A DNA stretch of 64,000 nt from an uncultured Pseudomonadota bacterium (GCA_902801125.1 CADCGT010000006.1:578-64577); one strand, 5' to 3'; shown: positions 41,285-51,799, counted from the stretch's first letter. The notes: a model not told the origin generated them from the sequence alone. Numbers and translations are program-made.

Positions 41285-42682
41285 TTAAATTCGACCCATA
41301 TTTTGACGCATCAAATCGGGCGTAATAGACCAATCCAAATCAATTTCTGGTTCCCAACCACCCGGTGTTTTATACCACATTTTTCCATTTTTTACCAAAT
41401 CGGTCAGCATTTTACGCAACAACGAATATTCCGGATTTTGTTTTAGTTTTTCTATTGCCTTGGCACATTCTTGATTTAAACGCGCGGAATTACGACGCAA
41501 TGTTATGTCCAAGTATGGATTATATGCCCGAATGCCGCCACGTTCCAACATATCGGCAAAATCCAAATCTTTTTGTAATTGCGATTCCAGCGTACCACTT
41601 ACGTCATTTGGATATTTGTTATTAAATTCCCTTGCCAAATAAACGTTGTTTCGTATCATTTTAATATATTTATCCAAATCGTCCACATATGATTGATACA
41701 CATCAACCATGGAATCGCCCATAATAAATTGCGGGGAAATGTATTTATGAACACACGCATCATAAATTTCACCAATATCACCCGTATTACACAAATGTAT
41801 TAAATCAAGGTAACGCAATCCGATTTGCTCGAATTCGCGTTCCAGTGTGCCGGAATGTCCTTTGTTATCACCAGTTGCACTGATTCCATGGGCCACCGCA
41901 TTATTCGCAACCGTATTAGAAAATTCATTTTCGTGTGCATAAACATATTGATAACCCATTTTATCCATCGCCATACGGACAACGGCCTCACGCAGGAAAT
42001 TTGTTAAAATAACCATCCGGGATTCTTCAAGCAATCCGCGAATAAACATGCGTTTGTCTTGCGCGGCATTATATACACGCCTTACGTATTCGTCGCGCAA
42101 CAAATTTTCCATTTCGTATTCGGTCAATTCGGCATTTGCATATTTTTCATATTCTTGACGAGATGATAATGGAACGAGTGATAAAATTGTTTCTATTTCT
42201 TGGTCTGTGAATTTATCTGTTTTATATGTAGATACATGTTCACCAATATTAAATAATCGACCATTATCGGGCCTTATAATATGTGTTGTTTCCGGCAGTA
42301 TCAAACCAGTATCGGGGTTTGGAATAAAAAATGTATCTTCGGATGCAACCATTCGCGGGTTTCCGTTTTTGGCAACAATATCGTTATACGGTGCCAAAAC
42401 CACAATTGGGGACGCATCCCAATTTCCACCCATGTGACTACTTACAATTTGATTCAATGTGAAATGGACCGTGGCACGCGCGTATTTATATCCTGTTGCC
42501 ATACCCGTGGTTGGGATATACACATTACCGTTTCGGTCGCGACGCGGCATATAATTTGTTGCATGCACACACAACCATTTATCCATATTGCCCGCCACAG
42601 AAAAATCCGAAGAATTAACAAAATATCCACGTCCATCTTGCATCAATTCTAATGCATCTTTGAAATCATTGATTTTTGCCAT
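41285..42682 (-). CDS. hypothetical protein (about 465 aa)
   Basis: Start at MAKINDFKD; the 5' extension of the ORF would overlap the upstream gene. No motif I can assign. Confidence 0.45.
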   Translation of the reverse strand: MAKINDFKDALELMQDGRGYFVNSSDFSVAGNMDKWLCVHATNYMPRRDRNGNVYIPTTGMATGYKYARATVHFTLNQIVSSHMGGNWDASPIVVLAPYNDIVAKNGNPRMVASEDTFFIPNPDTGLILPETTHIIRPDNGRLFNIGEHVSTYKTDKFTDQEIETILSLVPLSSRQEYEKYANAELTEYEMENLLRDEYVRRVYNAAQDKRMFIRGLLEESRMVILTNFLREAVVRMAMDKMGYQYVYAHENEFSNTVANNAVAHGISATGDNKGHSGTLEREFEQIGLRYLDLIHLCNTGDIGEIYDACVHKYISPQFIMGDSMVDVYQSYVDDLDKYIKMIRNNVYLAREFNNKYPNDVSGTLESQLQKDLDFADMLERGGIRAYNPYLDITLRRNSARLNQECAKAIEKLKQNPEYSLLRKMLTDLVKNGKMWYKTPGGWEPEIDLDWSITPDLMRQNMGRI

Positions 42683-42789
42683 TTTAGTTCCCTTTCTCTG
42701 CACCGAAATTTTATCATAAATCGGGCTATAATTCAAGCATGTATCATTTAAAAACCGCCCGGATGGGCGGTTCGTTTTATCGTTGTTGG

Positions 42790-43773
42790 TTAAAACCATT
42801 TCCATGGCTGCAACATTTTTAACATACTTATCGCCGTGCGTTTGTCCGCAAATGCGTGTCCACAACGCGGGCATACGATAAACGGTGCAATTATTGCCTT
42901 GTATTTCTTGTGAATCATTGACCAGATATACAATCCCAAAGCCCAGGCCGCAATTACCAACCCCCATGCGACATAGCCAAAATATTTGTTCACGGTGTTT
43001 GTTATAATCTGGACTACACCAAGGTTCGATTTTTCCAAATCGTTATAGATTTTCACCGCCACCGGCCACGAAGATGGACGCCACGGATATACGTGTTTGA
43101 TTCCATAGTTCGTCAACAGTGTCGTGCCCAGTCCGCCGGTGTTTTTGTCGATTTGTTTTTTGACGGCTTCATCAATCATTTTATCGACTTCGATTTGGGT
43201 CAATTTAACCAATTCTTTTTCGACAGTGTCCAATTTTTCATTTACCATTTTGGCGACATTGTCCACTTTGTCAACGGCGGCGTTTGCTTTACCGATTGCA
43301 GAATCCGCCTGGGCCACCGCTTTATCGACGCCATCGGTTTTTACACCGAATTTGTTTACCAACCCGGTCAGGCCCTTGACCCCGGATGTTGCCTGGGACG
43401 CCCGCGCGGTTTGTTCTTTGGCTTTGGCGGTGGTATCGGTCACTTTATCAACCTGTTTTTCAACGATTTTTACTTTCTCTATCGCGATGCCAACCGGTTT
43501 TTCCAAATTGATTGCATTTTTGATTCCGCCCAGTAATTTTTCATACTGTTCCACAATATTGCGTTGCAAATCAAAGAACATTGACACAACGATTGATTTC
43601 TTGATTGGGCCCGCATAATGTGATTTTACATAAAGCGGAAACCACGCAACGAACGCCAACCATATCACAGATACTATGATAAACACGCGTTTCGCATGCG
43701 TCACCACAGATGTTTTTTTCGCAACGGTTTTTGCGCCACCGCGGTCAATTACTTCGATTTCTTTTTTTGCCAT
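42790..43773 (-). CDS. hypothetical two-TM protein with a long Lys/Ala/Val coiled-coil region and a C-terminal CPRCG zinc-ribbon
   Basis: TM helix FIIVSVIWLAFVAWF, an apolipoprotein-like helical repeat region (VDKVTDTTAKAKEQT...), a second TM helix, then CPRCGHAF. Confidence 0.45.
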   Translation of the reverse strand: MAKKEIEVIDRGGAKTVAKKTSVVTHAKRVFIIVSVIWLAFVAWFPLYVKSHYAGPIKKSIVVSMFFDLQRNIVEQYEKLLGGIKNAINLEKPVGIAIEKVKIVEKQVDKVTDTTAKAKEQTARASQATSGVKGLTGLVNKFGVKTDGVDKAVAQADSAIGKANAAVDKVDNVAKMVNEKLDTVEKELVKLTQIEVDKMIDEAVKKQIDKNTGGLGTTLLTNYGIKHVYPWRPSSWPVAVKIYNDLEKSNLGVVQIITNTVNKYFGYVAWGLVIAAWALGLYIWSMIHKKYKAIIAPFIVCPRCGHAFADKRTAISMLKMLQPWKWF

Positions 43774-43857
43774 GTTGAATCCTTTCTGTTTTTTATGACA
43801 GGATTTTTCAACATTTGAAAAATAAAATCAACCGTTAGTTTTCGCCTGTGTAATTTT

Positions 43858-44259
43858 TTATTTTACATGTTCAAATAATTTATCTATGGTAGCCAAATTT
43901 TCAATTTGTTGTTTACGTAGTTTATCTTGCTCTTCTCTAGCACGACGAGCTTCTTCGTTTGCCCGTTGTTCGAGACGAATACCGTTTAACAGATTATATA
44001 ATTGTTGAGTTTCGGTGTGTAATTCGCCATCGTCTGGTGTTATTTTAACCCCTATTGGTGGCACAGAAAACCAAATTTCAAATTCTTTGTAAAATGTTCT
44101 TATACCGAAAACACGTTCTAATTTATGATTTTGAACCCTTATATCACCAGAAGTGCCATTATGAATCATTTCTACTATATATTCATCCTTGAAACCGTCT
44201 TTATTAACAACTTTCCGTAACTTACCAACAACTTGATTTTTATATTCTATTGTGTCCAT
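43858..44259 (-). CDS. hypothetical protein, translationally coupled to tgt (2-nt gap)
   Basis: ORF starts 2 nt after the tgt stop. C-terminal charged helix. Confidence 0.4.
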   Translation of the reverse strand: MDTIEYKNQVVGKLRKVVNKDGFKDEYIVEMIHNGTSGDIRVQNHKLERVFGIRTFYKEFEIWFSVPPIGVKITPDDGELHTETQQLYNLLNGIRLEQRANEEARRAREEQDKLRKQQIENLATIDKLFEHVK

Positions 44260-44261
44260 TT

Positions 44262-45383
44262 TTATTCCCCTGTGTAATTTTTTATAAATTCAGATTTGAA
44301 TTCCGCAAAACGGCCCTGCTCTACACTTTCGCGAATACCGCGCATAAGGTCTTGATAGAACCAAAGGTTATGCTGGGTAAGCAATGTCGCACCCAAAATT
44401 TCATTACATTTAATCAGGTGATGCAAATACGCGCGCGAAAGTTTACACGCCGGACAACCACATTCGTCATCGATTGGCGACGCGTCATCACGATATTTTG
44501 CATTACGCATATTCATTGTTCCGTGACGGGTAAATGCCATCGCGGTGCGTCCCGCACGTGTTGGCATAACACAATCGAACATATCAACCCCGCGTTCCAC
44601 CGCACCCAATATATCCAGTGGTGTGCCAACGCCCATTAAATACCGCGGTTTGTCCGTTGGCAGCATCGGCGCAACCACGCCAATCATATCAAACATAACA
44701 CTTTGCGGTTCCCCCACGGCCAGGCCGCCAATCGCATACCCGTCAAAACCTATTGCGGTCAATTCCCGCGCAGACTTTTCGCGCAGGTCGTGGAAATCTG
44801 CACCTTGGACAATGCCAAAAATTCCGTATCCCGGTCGGTCAATAAATGCCGCACGCGAACGCGCCGCCCAACGCGTCACCATATCTACATTTTTTTCCGC
44901 GCGGTCGCGCGTTGTTGGCAAATGCAAACATTCATCCAAAACCATTGTGATATTTGAATCAAGTTGATGTTGAATATGCACAGAATCTTCGGGACGCAGG
45001 AAATGTTTTATTCCGCCGTCAATGTGCGATGTAAATTCTACGCCTTCTTCTTTCATCTTTACCAGATTAGACAGCGACATAACCTGGAACCCGCCACTGT
45101 CGGTCAAAATCGGGCCATGCCAACCACCGAATTTGTGCAGCCCGCCCATTCTTTCCACCAAATCACCGCCCGGGCGCATCATTAAATGATATGTGTTGCC
45201 CAAAATAACTTCGGTTCCGGTCGCGCGAACCTGGTCCATGGTAAGTGCCTTGACCGTTGCCGCCGTGCCAACCGCCATAAAGGCCGGCGTTTGAAATGTT
45301 CCGTGCGCGGTTTCAACGCATCCGCGACGCGCATTTCCATCGGTTGCAATCAAATTAAATTTTAACGACATTTTTCCATCCAC
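44262..45383 (-). CDS. tgt: queuine tRNA-ribosyltransferase
   Basis: FQTPAFMAVGT, the active-site D...GG.QVMSL region, and the Zn site CGCPACKLSRAYLHHL. Confidence 0.9.
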   Translation of the reverse strand: MDGKMSLKFNLIATDGNARRGCVETAHGTFQTPAFMAVGTAATVKALTMDQVRATGTEVILGNTYHLMMRPGGDLVERMGGLHKFGGWHGPILTDSGGFQVMSLSNLVKMKEEGVEFTSHIDGGIKHFLRPEDSVHIQHQLDSNITMVLDECLHLPTTRDRAEKNVDMVTRWAARSRAAFIDRPGYGIFGIVQGADFHDLREKSARELTAIGFDGYAIGGLAVGEPQSVMFDMIGVVAPMLPTDKPRYLMGVGTPLDILGAVERGVDMFDCVMPTRAGRTAMAFTRHGTMNMRNAKYRDDASPIDDECGCPACKLSRAYLHHLIKCNEILGATLLTQHNLWFYQDLMRGIRESVEQGRFAEFKSEFIKNYTGE

Positions 45384-45760
45384 CTTTCTGCTAAAAATCT
45401 ATCTGCAAGGCTGATATTATCATATTTCCAACTTTGCCTTACCATCTGTTCATGGCCAACAAAATAATATATAAATGCCCGAACGCCAATCGGCAATTCC
45501 GGGTCATCCATAAAGCCCAACAACCAATCGCGTTGAAATTTGAACAGTGGAATAATTGATATATCACGACAATCTATGCCTGCGGCTTTACCGGTCACCA
45601 ATCTGTATAATTTATGTGTTTGCATTTTGGTTTCAATATATTTTATCTCTGTGTCATCGAACCATATTCCCCAATACGGTGCCATACCAAATATCGTCCC
45701 ATGGAAACGATTTTTCAAATCGATAAGTTGTGCCTTGGTGACATTTTTTGGATTTATCAT
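45362..45760 (-). CDS. hypothetical protein within the queA-tgt operon (overlaps the tgt start)
   Basis: ORF only; Trp-rich. Confidence 0.35.
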   Translation of the reverse strand: MINPKNVTKAQLIDLKNRFHGTIFGMAPYWGIWFDDTEIKYIETKMQTHKLYRLVTGKAAGIDCRDISIIPLFKFQRDWLLGFMDDPELPIGVRAFIYYFVGHEQMVRQSWKYDNISLADRFLAERWMEKCR

Positions 45761-45772
45761 TTTTGTATCCCT

Positions 45773-47047
45773 TTACTTGAAATTATCTTTCCAAATTTGT
45801 TGTAAATCGCCATCAAATTTTGGGCCGTGGGTTATAATTGACATTGGACCGTCATATATTCCGCGCGTATATTTCATAACATCATCGCACGTGACAGAAT
45901 CCGCCATTTCACAATCACGATAGAAATCATGTGCAATATTAAAATACCCCCAATCCAGGACGTTTCGCCGGCAACGTTCATAATTATTTTCCAAAAAGTT
46001 TGCGCGACTTAATTTGCTAAGGTTTTTGTATTTGCGCAAATCATCTTCGGTAACACCCGACACATAAACATCATGTGCGGCCTTGGCAATCAGTGCGACA
46101 ACACGCGCAACATTTTCCGGGGCCGTTTCGGTATACGGGCCACATATGGGCGAAAAAATATCGCCACGATTTGAAAAACCACAACCATACACCAAACCAT
46201 TATCACTGCGCAGAACATCATACATTGTTTCACGCAGTTTTTGTTCAAATTTACTAACACATGTATCTTGATATTTATTTTCCAATGTCGCCGGCCACAG
46301 GCACGGAAATAGAATTTCAATAACATCATTTTTTATTTCGGGCATTAAGTTGTGCGCGGTGCACGCACGGTATTGCCAACGGCGTTTTTTTTCTACATTA
46401 TGGGTTGGCAAGAAATTAAAACGGTCTTCCAATTTTTTTAGCAATTCATTTTTGTCTTCTATTTTGCCAGAAACACATATCAAACAATTTTTGGACGACA
46501 TACGCCGCGATGCAAATTCCAACATTTGTTCGCGCGTAAAAGATTTAATATTTTCCGGATTGCCAAGTGTCATTTCGCCATTTGGAACTTCTATGTCATA
46601 TAATTTTTTTTCTACGAACATTGTTTGTTTTACGCCGTTTTTAGACAAAGAGCGCCGCAATTCATCCAATATAACACCGCGTTCGTTTTCAATCATATTT
46701 GTATCAAACAAAGAATTTTGTATTCTGTCCGCCCAAAAATCCAACAGCACCCAAAGATTTTCAGACACAATCCGTCCAACAAATTTTAAATAATCTAAAC
46801 TTGTCGATGCATTGAACGAACCGCCATTATCGGCAATATAATCTTTGCCGGCACGCACGGTTGGAAAACGCGGTGTACCCTTGCAAAACATATGTTCACA
46901 AAAATGTGTAATACCGTATTCATGTGGTTCTTCATCGCCGGCACCGGTGCGAAAACAAATGCATACTTCGTCCGTTGCGACATCCATCGGGTCCAGTATT
47001 ACCGTCACACCATTAGAAAGTTTATGTAATGTTGGTTCAAATTTCAT
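45773..47047 (-). CDS. M16-family zinc peptidase (pitrilysin/insulinase-like)
   Basis: Inverted zincin motif HFCEH (HxxEH) with a downstream Glu region. GGAGA SD before MKFEPT. Confidence 0.75.
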   Translation of the reverse strand: MKFEPTLHKLSNGVTVILDPMDVATDEVCICFRTGAGDEEPHEYGITHFCEHMFCKGTPRFPTVRAGKDYIADNGGSFNASTSLDYLKFVGRIVSENLWVLLDFWADRIQNSLFDTNMIENERGVILDELRRSLSKNGVKQTMFVEKKLYDIEVPNGEMTLGNPENIKSFTREQMLEFASRRMSSKNCLICVSGKIEDKNELLKKLEDRFNFLPTHNVEKKRRWQYRACTAHNLMPEIKNDVIEILFPCLWPATLENKYQDTCVSKFEQKLRETMYDVLRSDNGLVYGCGFSNRGDIFSPICGPYTETAPENVARVVALIAKAAHDVYVSGVTEDDLRKYKNLSKLSRANFLENNYERCRRNVLDWGYFNIAHDFYRDCEMADSVTCDDVMKYTRGIYDGPMSIITHGPKFDGDLQQIWKDNFK

Positions 47048-48062
47048 CTGGATTCTCCTTTCTAAACAACAAACAGCAATCACCATAACTGAAAAATCTG
47101 TATTTTTCGGCGATGGCATGCCGGTACGCGGTCTTCATCTCGTCCAGGCCGCTAAACGCAGACACCAACATAAACAGTGTCGATTTTGGCAAATGAAAAT
47201 TGGTCAGCAACACATCCACCGCACGGAATTTATATCCCGGTGTGATAAAAATATCGGTGGTTTGGCAAATTGGTGCAACCCGCGCACTGGGCGTTGCATT
47301 TCGCGCGGCACTTTCAAGGGTGCGCAATGATGTTGTTCCAACCGCAATTATGCGGGTTGCGTTGTTTATTATTTCCGCCTGTTCTGGGGTAATGCAGCAC
47401 CATTCACTGTGCATTTTATGTTCGTTTAAATTTTCGGTTTTAACCGGCATCCATGTTCCCGCCCCCACATGCAATGTAATTTTTACTATTTTTGCACCGT
47501 GATTTTCAATTTCCGCCATCAATTCAGGCGTAAAATGCAACCCCGCCGTCGGCGCAGCCATTGACCCCAACGGGTCGGCATAGACCGTTTGATAACGCGC
47601 GCTGTCCGCCACTTCGGCATCGCGCTTCATATATGGTGGCAACGGCATTTTACCAACCCGCCCCAGCACATCAAAAACATTGTCACAATTAAACCGCAAC
47701 AGCAGTCCGCTTTCATTGTCTTTATCGACAACCGTTATTTGCGTGCCGTCCACCATTGTCAATATGTCGCCGATGTGAATCTTGGTAAACTTTCTGCACA
47801 GGCCCCACCAATTTTTATCATCCACCGCGGTGTGCAGTGTGATTTCATGCCCGTCCGCATCAAAGCGCGCCGGAATAACCCGCGAATTATTAAACACAAC
47901 GACATCGCCGGGGCGCAGGTAATCCAAAAAATCACGAATATGTTTATCTTGAATTTTATTACCATCAACCACCAACATACGCGAAGCATCGCGCCGTTCC
48001 AATGGATGCGACGCGATCAGTTCCGGTGGTAATTCAAAATCAAAATCCGATGTATGCAGCAT
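47037..48062 (-). CDS. queA: S-adenosylmethionine:tRNA ribosyltransferase-isomerase
   Basis: MLHTSDFDFELPPELIASHPLERRDASRMLVV is the canonical QueA N-terminus. Confidence 0.9.
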   Translation of the reverse strand: MLHTSDFDFELPPELIASHPLERRDASRMLVVDGNKIQDKHIRDFLDYLRPGDVVVFNNSRVIPARFDADGHEITLHTAVDDKNWWGLCRKFTKIHIGDILTMVDGTQITVVDKDNESGLLLRFNCDNVFDVLGRVGKMPLPPYMKRDAEVADSARYQTVYADPLGSMAAPTAGLHFTPELMAEIENHGAKIVKITLHVGAGTWMPVKTENLNEHKMHSEWCCITPEQAEIINNATRIIAVGTTSLRTLESAARNATPSARVAPICQTTDIFITPGYKFRAVDVLLTNFHLPKSTLFMLVSAFSGLDEMKTAYRHAIAEKYRFFSYGDCCLLFRKENPDEI

Positions 48063-48467
48063 TTATCTTTGATTTTCTTCGAACATTTTTTGTTTCATAT
48101 CGCTAAACTCTTTGTGTTGTTTCCTTGCATAAATACTGTCAGTATTGTAGCGAAGACGAGCAAAGCTTTCGTCCAAAATACGATCTTTTTGATAATATTT
48201 CTCTAGTCCAGGATACACATCAGGACCAACATAAATTATCACAGTATCACCCAATTGTAACCAGTCATAAAAATCACAAGTTTTAGGAACATTGTAAATT
48301 CTTTCGATACCCGTTTCGACATCATCTAACAAAAGAATTTTTTGATTTTCAATCGCCCCTATTCCGGTAATTACATTTTTATGTTCATATTTTTTACAAC
48401 CCGCCAATCCAAACAACAAAATCGTTGCAAGTGTTTTATAACCCGGACGAATTTTTAGATTTTTCAT
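48063..48467 (-). CDS. small lipoprotein, paralog 1 of 3
   Basis: MKNLKIRPGYKTLA...LAGC lipobox. Motif ETGIERIYN. Confidence 0.6.
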   Translation of the reverse strand: MKNLKIRPGYKTLATILLFGLAGCKKYEHKNVITGIGAIENQKILLLDDVETGIERIYNVPKTCDFYDWLQLGDTVIIYVGPDVYPGLEKYYQKDRILDESFARLRYNTDSIYARKQHKEFSDMKQKMFEENQR

Positions 48468-48529
48468 TTTGTTTGCCCCCGTGCCTGTTCTAAAATTGAA
48501 TCTTGTCTTGCAAATTCATTTTTTACCAT

Positions 48530-48934
48530 TTATTTGCTTTTTTCATCCCGTTCACGGCAAAGCTTTTGCCATTCGTATTCAAATTGTTTTGCCCATAACG
48601 TGTCTTCATAACGTTTGGTTAGGGTTTTCCGGTCGAAATACAAATCGGCATTCGTTGGGGTTAAAACCGCATGTTTATCATACGCAGGCGAAGCAAAACG
48701 CACGGTATCACCAACCATGAAATAAGGCATAATATTGTTCCGTATCCGTACCGCATGCAAGTCATTTGACATGCCTGTGGTATAAATTCTTTCAACACCA
48801 GTTTTTATGTCTTTGACACGCATACCGGTCGAACCCTTTTCCAAAATAACATTTTCATGCCGGCATGAAACAAACAACATGCCAAAAAACAAAGCAAGTG
48901 TTTTATAGCCCGGACGAATTTTTAGATTTTTCAT
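48530..48934 (-). CDS. small lipoprotein, paralog 2 of 3
   Basis: Identical N-terminus MKNLKIRPGYKTLA. FVSC lipobox. Motif IKTGVERIYT. Confidence 0.6.
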   Translation of the reverse strand: MKNLKIRPGYKTLALFFGMLFVSCRHENVILEKGSTGMRVKDIKTGVERIYTTGMSNDLHAVRIRNNIMPYFMVGDTVRFASPAYDKHAVLTPTNADLYFDRKTLTKRYEDTLWAKQFEYEWQKLCRERDEKSK

Positions 48935-48952
48935 TTTCTGACCCTTTTGATA

Positions 48953-49312
48953 TTATTTCTGTTTTGAAAATTTTGCTTGGACTTCATATTTTAATTTTGC
49001 GTTTTCAAATTCAGTTTTACGGCGTTGCAATTCAACATAATCACACGAAAGGTGCGAATTTTCCGGCGTAAACATCGTGGTGCGTGCATAATCCTTGGAA
49101 TTTAATGTGACCGTATCACCCGGAACCAGCCAGATTAAAACAGATTTCATCGCATCACTTTTTGACGCATCATAGATACGTGTGCGACCGGTTTTTATAT
49201 CGCGCAAGACCGCGCGTTCCATTGTCGCATTGGTGACAACATTTTTATTGTTTGCGCAACCCATTAACGCCAAAAGCGATAAAAAAGTTAAGTTTTTTAC
49301 ATTTTTTTTCAT
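48953..49312 (-). CDS. small lipoprotein, paralog 3 of 3
   Basis: LMGC lipobox. Motif IKTGRTRIYD. Confidence 0.55.
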   Translation of the reverse strand: MKKNVKNLTFLSLLALMGCANNKNVVTNATMERAVLRDIKTGRTRIYDASKSDAMKSVLIWLVPGDTVTLNSKDYARTTMFTPENSHLSCDYVELQRRKTEFENAKLKYEVQAKFSKQK

Positions 49313-49332
49313 TTTTGTGTCCTTTTGTTTTT

Positions 49333-50223
49333 TTATTTTTTAAATTCCAATCCTTGGTCGGTGTAATTTTCCGCCATGTTTTCCCAATTTTCTTCCACCC
49401 GCACAAACAGGTGCAAACGCGCATTCACGCCCCATTGGTCCTGGATATCGTGCCGTGCGGCGGTGCCAATTTTCTTTAATTGCGCGCCACCACGACCGAC
49501 AACAATCTTTTTGTGACCTTCACTTGCCACCATAATTTTTTGATATATGTCCAAAACGCCGTCTTCATCAACATCAACGCGTTCGGTCACAACATTTATG
49601 TGATACGGCAATTCTTGGTGTATATATCGATAAATCTTTTCCCGTGTCAATTCCGCCAGATACAGGTTATCCGGCACATCGACACTGTCCACCGCATCAA
49701 ACAAATATGGGGATTCCGGCATCACGGTCGCCAACGCGTCTAACATTTCCGCAATTCCGTCGTTTTTCATCGCAGAAATCATAAATATTGCGCCCCATGG
49801 TGCCAAAGTATTTAATTCCGCCGCAATCGGCAATAATTCAGACTTCTTTATCGCATCGGTTTTATTTAACGCAACAAAAATGTTCTTGTGGTCGCGAATT
49901 TTTTCAATTAAACCGCGCACCGTGTCGGTTATGCCATGCGTTGCGTCAATAATCAACAACACCGCGTCCGCATCCGATAACGCATCCATCGCCGCGCCAA
50001 CCATTGCGCGATCAAGGCGACGGTTCGGCCGAAACACCCCCGGCGTGTCAACAAATATCAATTGCCGCGCGCCCACCATTTTCACGGCACGCAGGTTTGT
50101 TCGCGTGGTTTGAACCTTGTGCGAAACGATTGAAACCTTGCGCCCCATGATTTGGTTCATAAGGGTGCTTTTCCCGGCGTTTGTCGGGCCAATAATTGCG
50201 ATAAATCCAGAATATGTCTTTGT
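49333..50223 (-). CDS. era: GTPase Era
   Basis: G1 GPTNAGKST, G3 DTPG, G4 NKTD, KH domain at the C-terminus. Confidence 0.9.
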   Translation of the reverse strand, partial: TKTYSGFIAIIGPTNAGKSTLMNQIMGRKVSIVSHKVQTTRTNLRAVKMVGARQLIFVDTPGVFRPNRRLDRAMVGAAMDALSDADAVLLIIDATHGITDTVRGLIEKIRDHKNIFVALNKTDAIKKSELLPIAAELNTLAPWGAIFMISAMKNDGIAEMLDALATVMPESPYLFDAVDSVDVPDNLYLAELTREKIYRYIHQELPYHINVVTERVDVDEDGVLDIYQKIMVASEGHKKIVVGRGGAQLKKIGTAARHDIQDQWGVNARLHLFVRVEENWENMAENYTDQGLEFKK

Positions 50224-50338
50224 CATAAAGAAAAGAATAACACACAAATTTCAAAAGTGAACAAAAAACTTGAATTTTCCACATGATATTCTAGTATAGG
50301 TATAAGAGAGAGTGCAACGCCAACCAAAAGGCTAACAC

Positions 50339-50869
50339 ATGGCAAAACAACAAGGCTTTACATTTTCTGACAAATGGAATTACAGATTTATGCAAATGGC
50401 GCAACTTATCGCGACATGGTCCAAGGATAACAGCACCAAGGTCGGTTGCGTAATTGTTGGTCCAAATAAAACAATATTATCCATGGGATACAATGGTTTT
50501 CCACGTGGCATACAAGACAATGTTCCGTCCAGATGGACACGCCCAACAAAATATGATTTTGTTGTTCACGCAGAAGAAAACGCCCTTTTAAATGCGGGAC
50601 GCAATGGGACCAGGTTGGACGGCGGTATTTTGTATGCAACGATGGCACCCTGCACTCGTTGCGCCGGTTCCATAATTCAAAGCGGTATTCGTGAAATAAT
50701 CTATTTGGACCCCGACCTGGACAGACAAATTCCGGGATGGCGCGATTCACTTGATATATCGTTTCAAATGTTTGAAGAAGCCGGTGTAAAATACAAATCA
50801 TTGGGCACCGCCCAAGATATGATGCAGAACATTACAAGAATGCAAAAAATCAACGATAATTCACGATAA
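50339..50869 (+). CDS. dCMP / cytidine-deoxycytidylate deaminase family protein
   Basis: Zinc motifs HAEENA and PCTRC. Confidence 0.8.
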   Translation: MAKQQGFTFSDKWNYRFMQMAQLIATWSKDNSTKVGCVIVGPNKTILSMGYNGFPRGIQDNVPSRWTRPTKYDFVVHAEENALLNAGRNGTRLDGGILYATMAPCTRCAGSIIQSGIREIIYLDPDLDRQIPGWRDSLDISFQMFEEAGVKYKSLGTAQDMMQNITRMQKINDNSR

Positions 50870-50929
50870 CAAAAACCCGCCATTCGGCGGGTTCAGAGGA
50901 AAACACAAGCAATTTAATTTGTTTTGCGG

Positions 50930-51799
50930 TTAAATGCTGTCTGCATTTACCCAACGACCGTTCTTCAAAAGACCCGGTGCCATACCTTCGTTGCTGCGCA
51001 ATGTGTCGATAACACGACGCGCCGCCGGTGCATCCAAATTCACAATACGAACCTTGAACATATCGCCTTCTTTGACGACGGTTGCATCGCCATACGGACG
51101 CATTTTTTGCACCAATGCGTTGGCACTGTCTTCGGCATAGAACGCTGCAACCTGGACACTGTAATCACCGGTGGATGTTGCAACCGGGGTTGGCGCCGGG
51201 GCCGGTTGTTCAACCGTGGTTGTTTCTTCCACCGCGGTTTGTGTTTGCGCGCCCGCACCAATTGTTGCATTCTTGACCGCAATAGATTGTTCTGGCATAA
51301 CCTGAACCTGGATCTTGGATTGATTGGTCAATCCAATCTTGCCCGCCGCCGTCGGCGACAAATCCATAATACGCGTATTCACAAATGGCCCACGATTATT
51401 TACACGAACAACCACCGATTGCCCGTTTTCAAGGTTGGTCACCTTGGCAATCGTCGGCAACGGCAAAGTCTTGCTTGTTGCGACCATTTGGTTCATATCG
51501 TATGTTTCACCGTTACTTGTTTTCGTACCGTTTAATTCGGTTGGAATTATGCCCGCCATACCGGTTTGATTATACGCATAATCTTCGGTTGGAATGTATT
51601 GCACATCTTCAACCTTGTATGCATTACCGATATAATAGCGCGGTGCCGCCGCCATCAAATACGTGTCGTTAAATGTTTCCGTGGCAAGTGTTTCTTCGCC
51701 AAAACCATCCGAACCGTATTCAGACCCGGTCGGTTTCGTTGTATCGGCACATGCCGCAAGCAAAGCGGTCAACACCGCCAATGATACCATTTTTTTCAT
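50930..51799 (-). CDS. rlpA: septal ring lytic transglycosylase RlpA (DPBB domain plus C-terminal SPOR domain), lipoprotein
   Basis: LAAC lipobox. DPBB core TLPLPTIAKVTNLENGQSVVVRVNNRGPF. C-terminal SPOR-like YSVQVAAFYAEDSANALVQKM. Confidence 0.75.
   Translation of the reverse strand: MKKMVSLAVLTALLAACADTTKPTGSEYGSDGFGEETLATETFNDTYLMAAAPRYYIGNAYKVEDVQYIPTEDYAYNQTGMAGIIPTELNGTKTSNGETYDMNQMVATSKTLPLPTIAKVTNLENGQSVVVRVNNRGPFVNTRIMDLSPTAAGKIGLTNQSKIQVQVMPEQSIAVKNATIGAGAQTQTAVEETTTVEQPAPAPTPVATSTGDYSVQVAAFYAEDSANALVQKMRPYGDATVVKEGDMFKVRIVNLDAPAARRVIDTLRSNEGMAPGLLKNGRWVNADSI

Noticed and set aside
40791-41446. ORFs 40791..41207 and 40955..41446 predicted across the tandem repeats and the tRNA-Gly gene
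   Set aside because: The repeated peptide segments simply mirror the DNA tandem array, and they overlap a tRNA gene.
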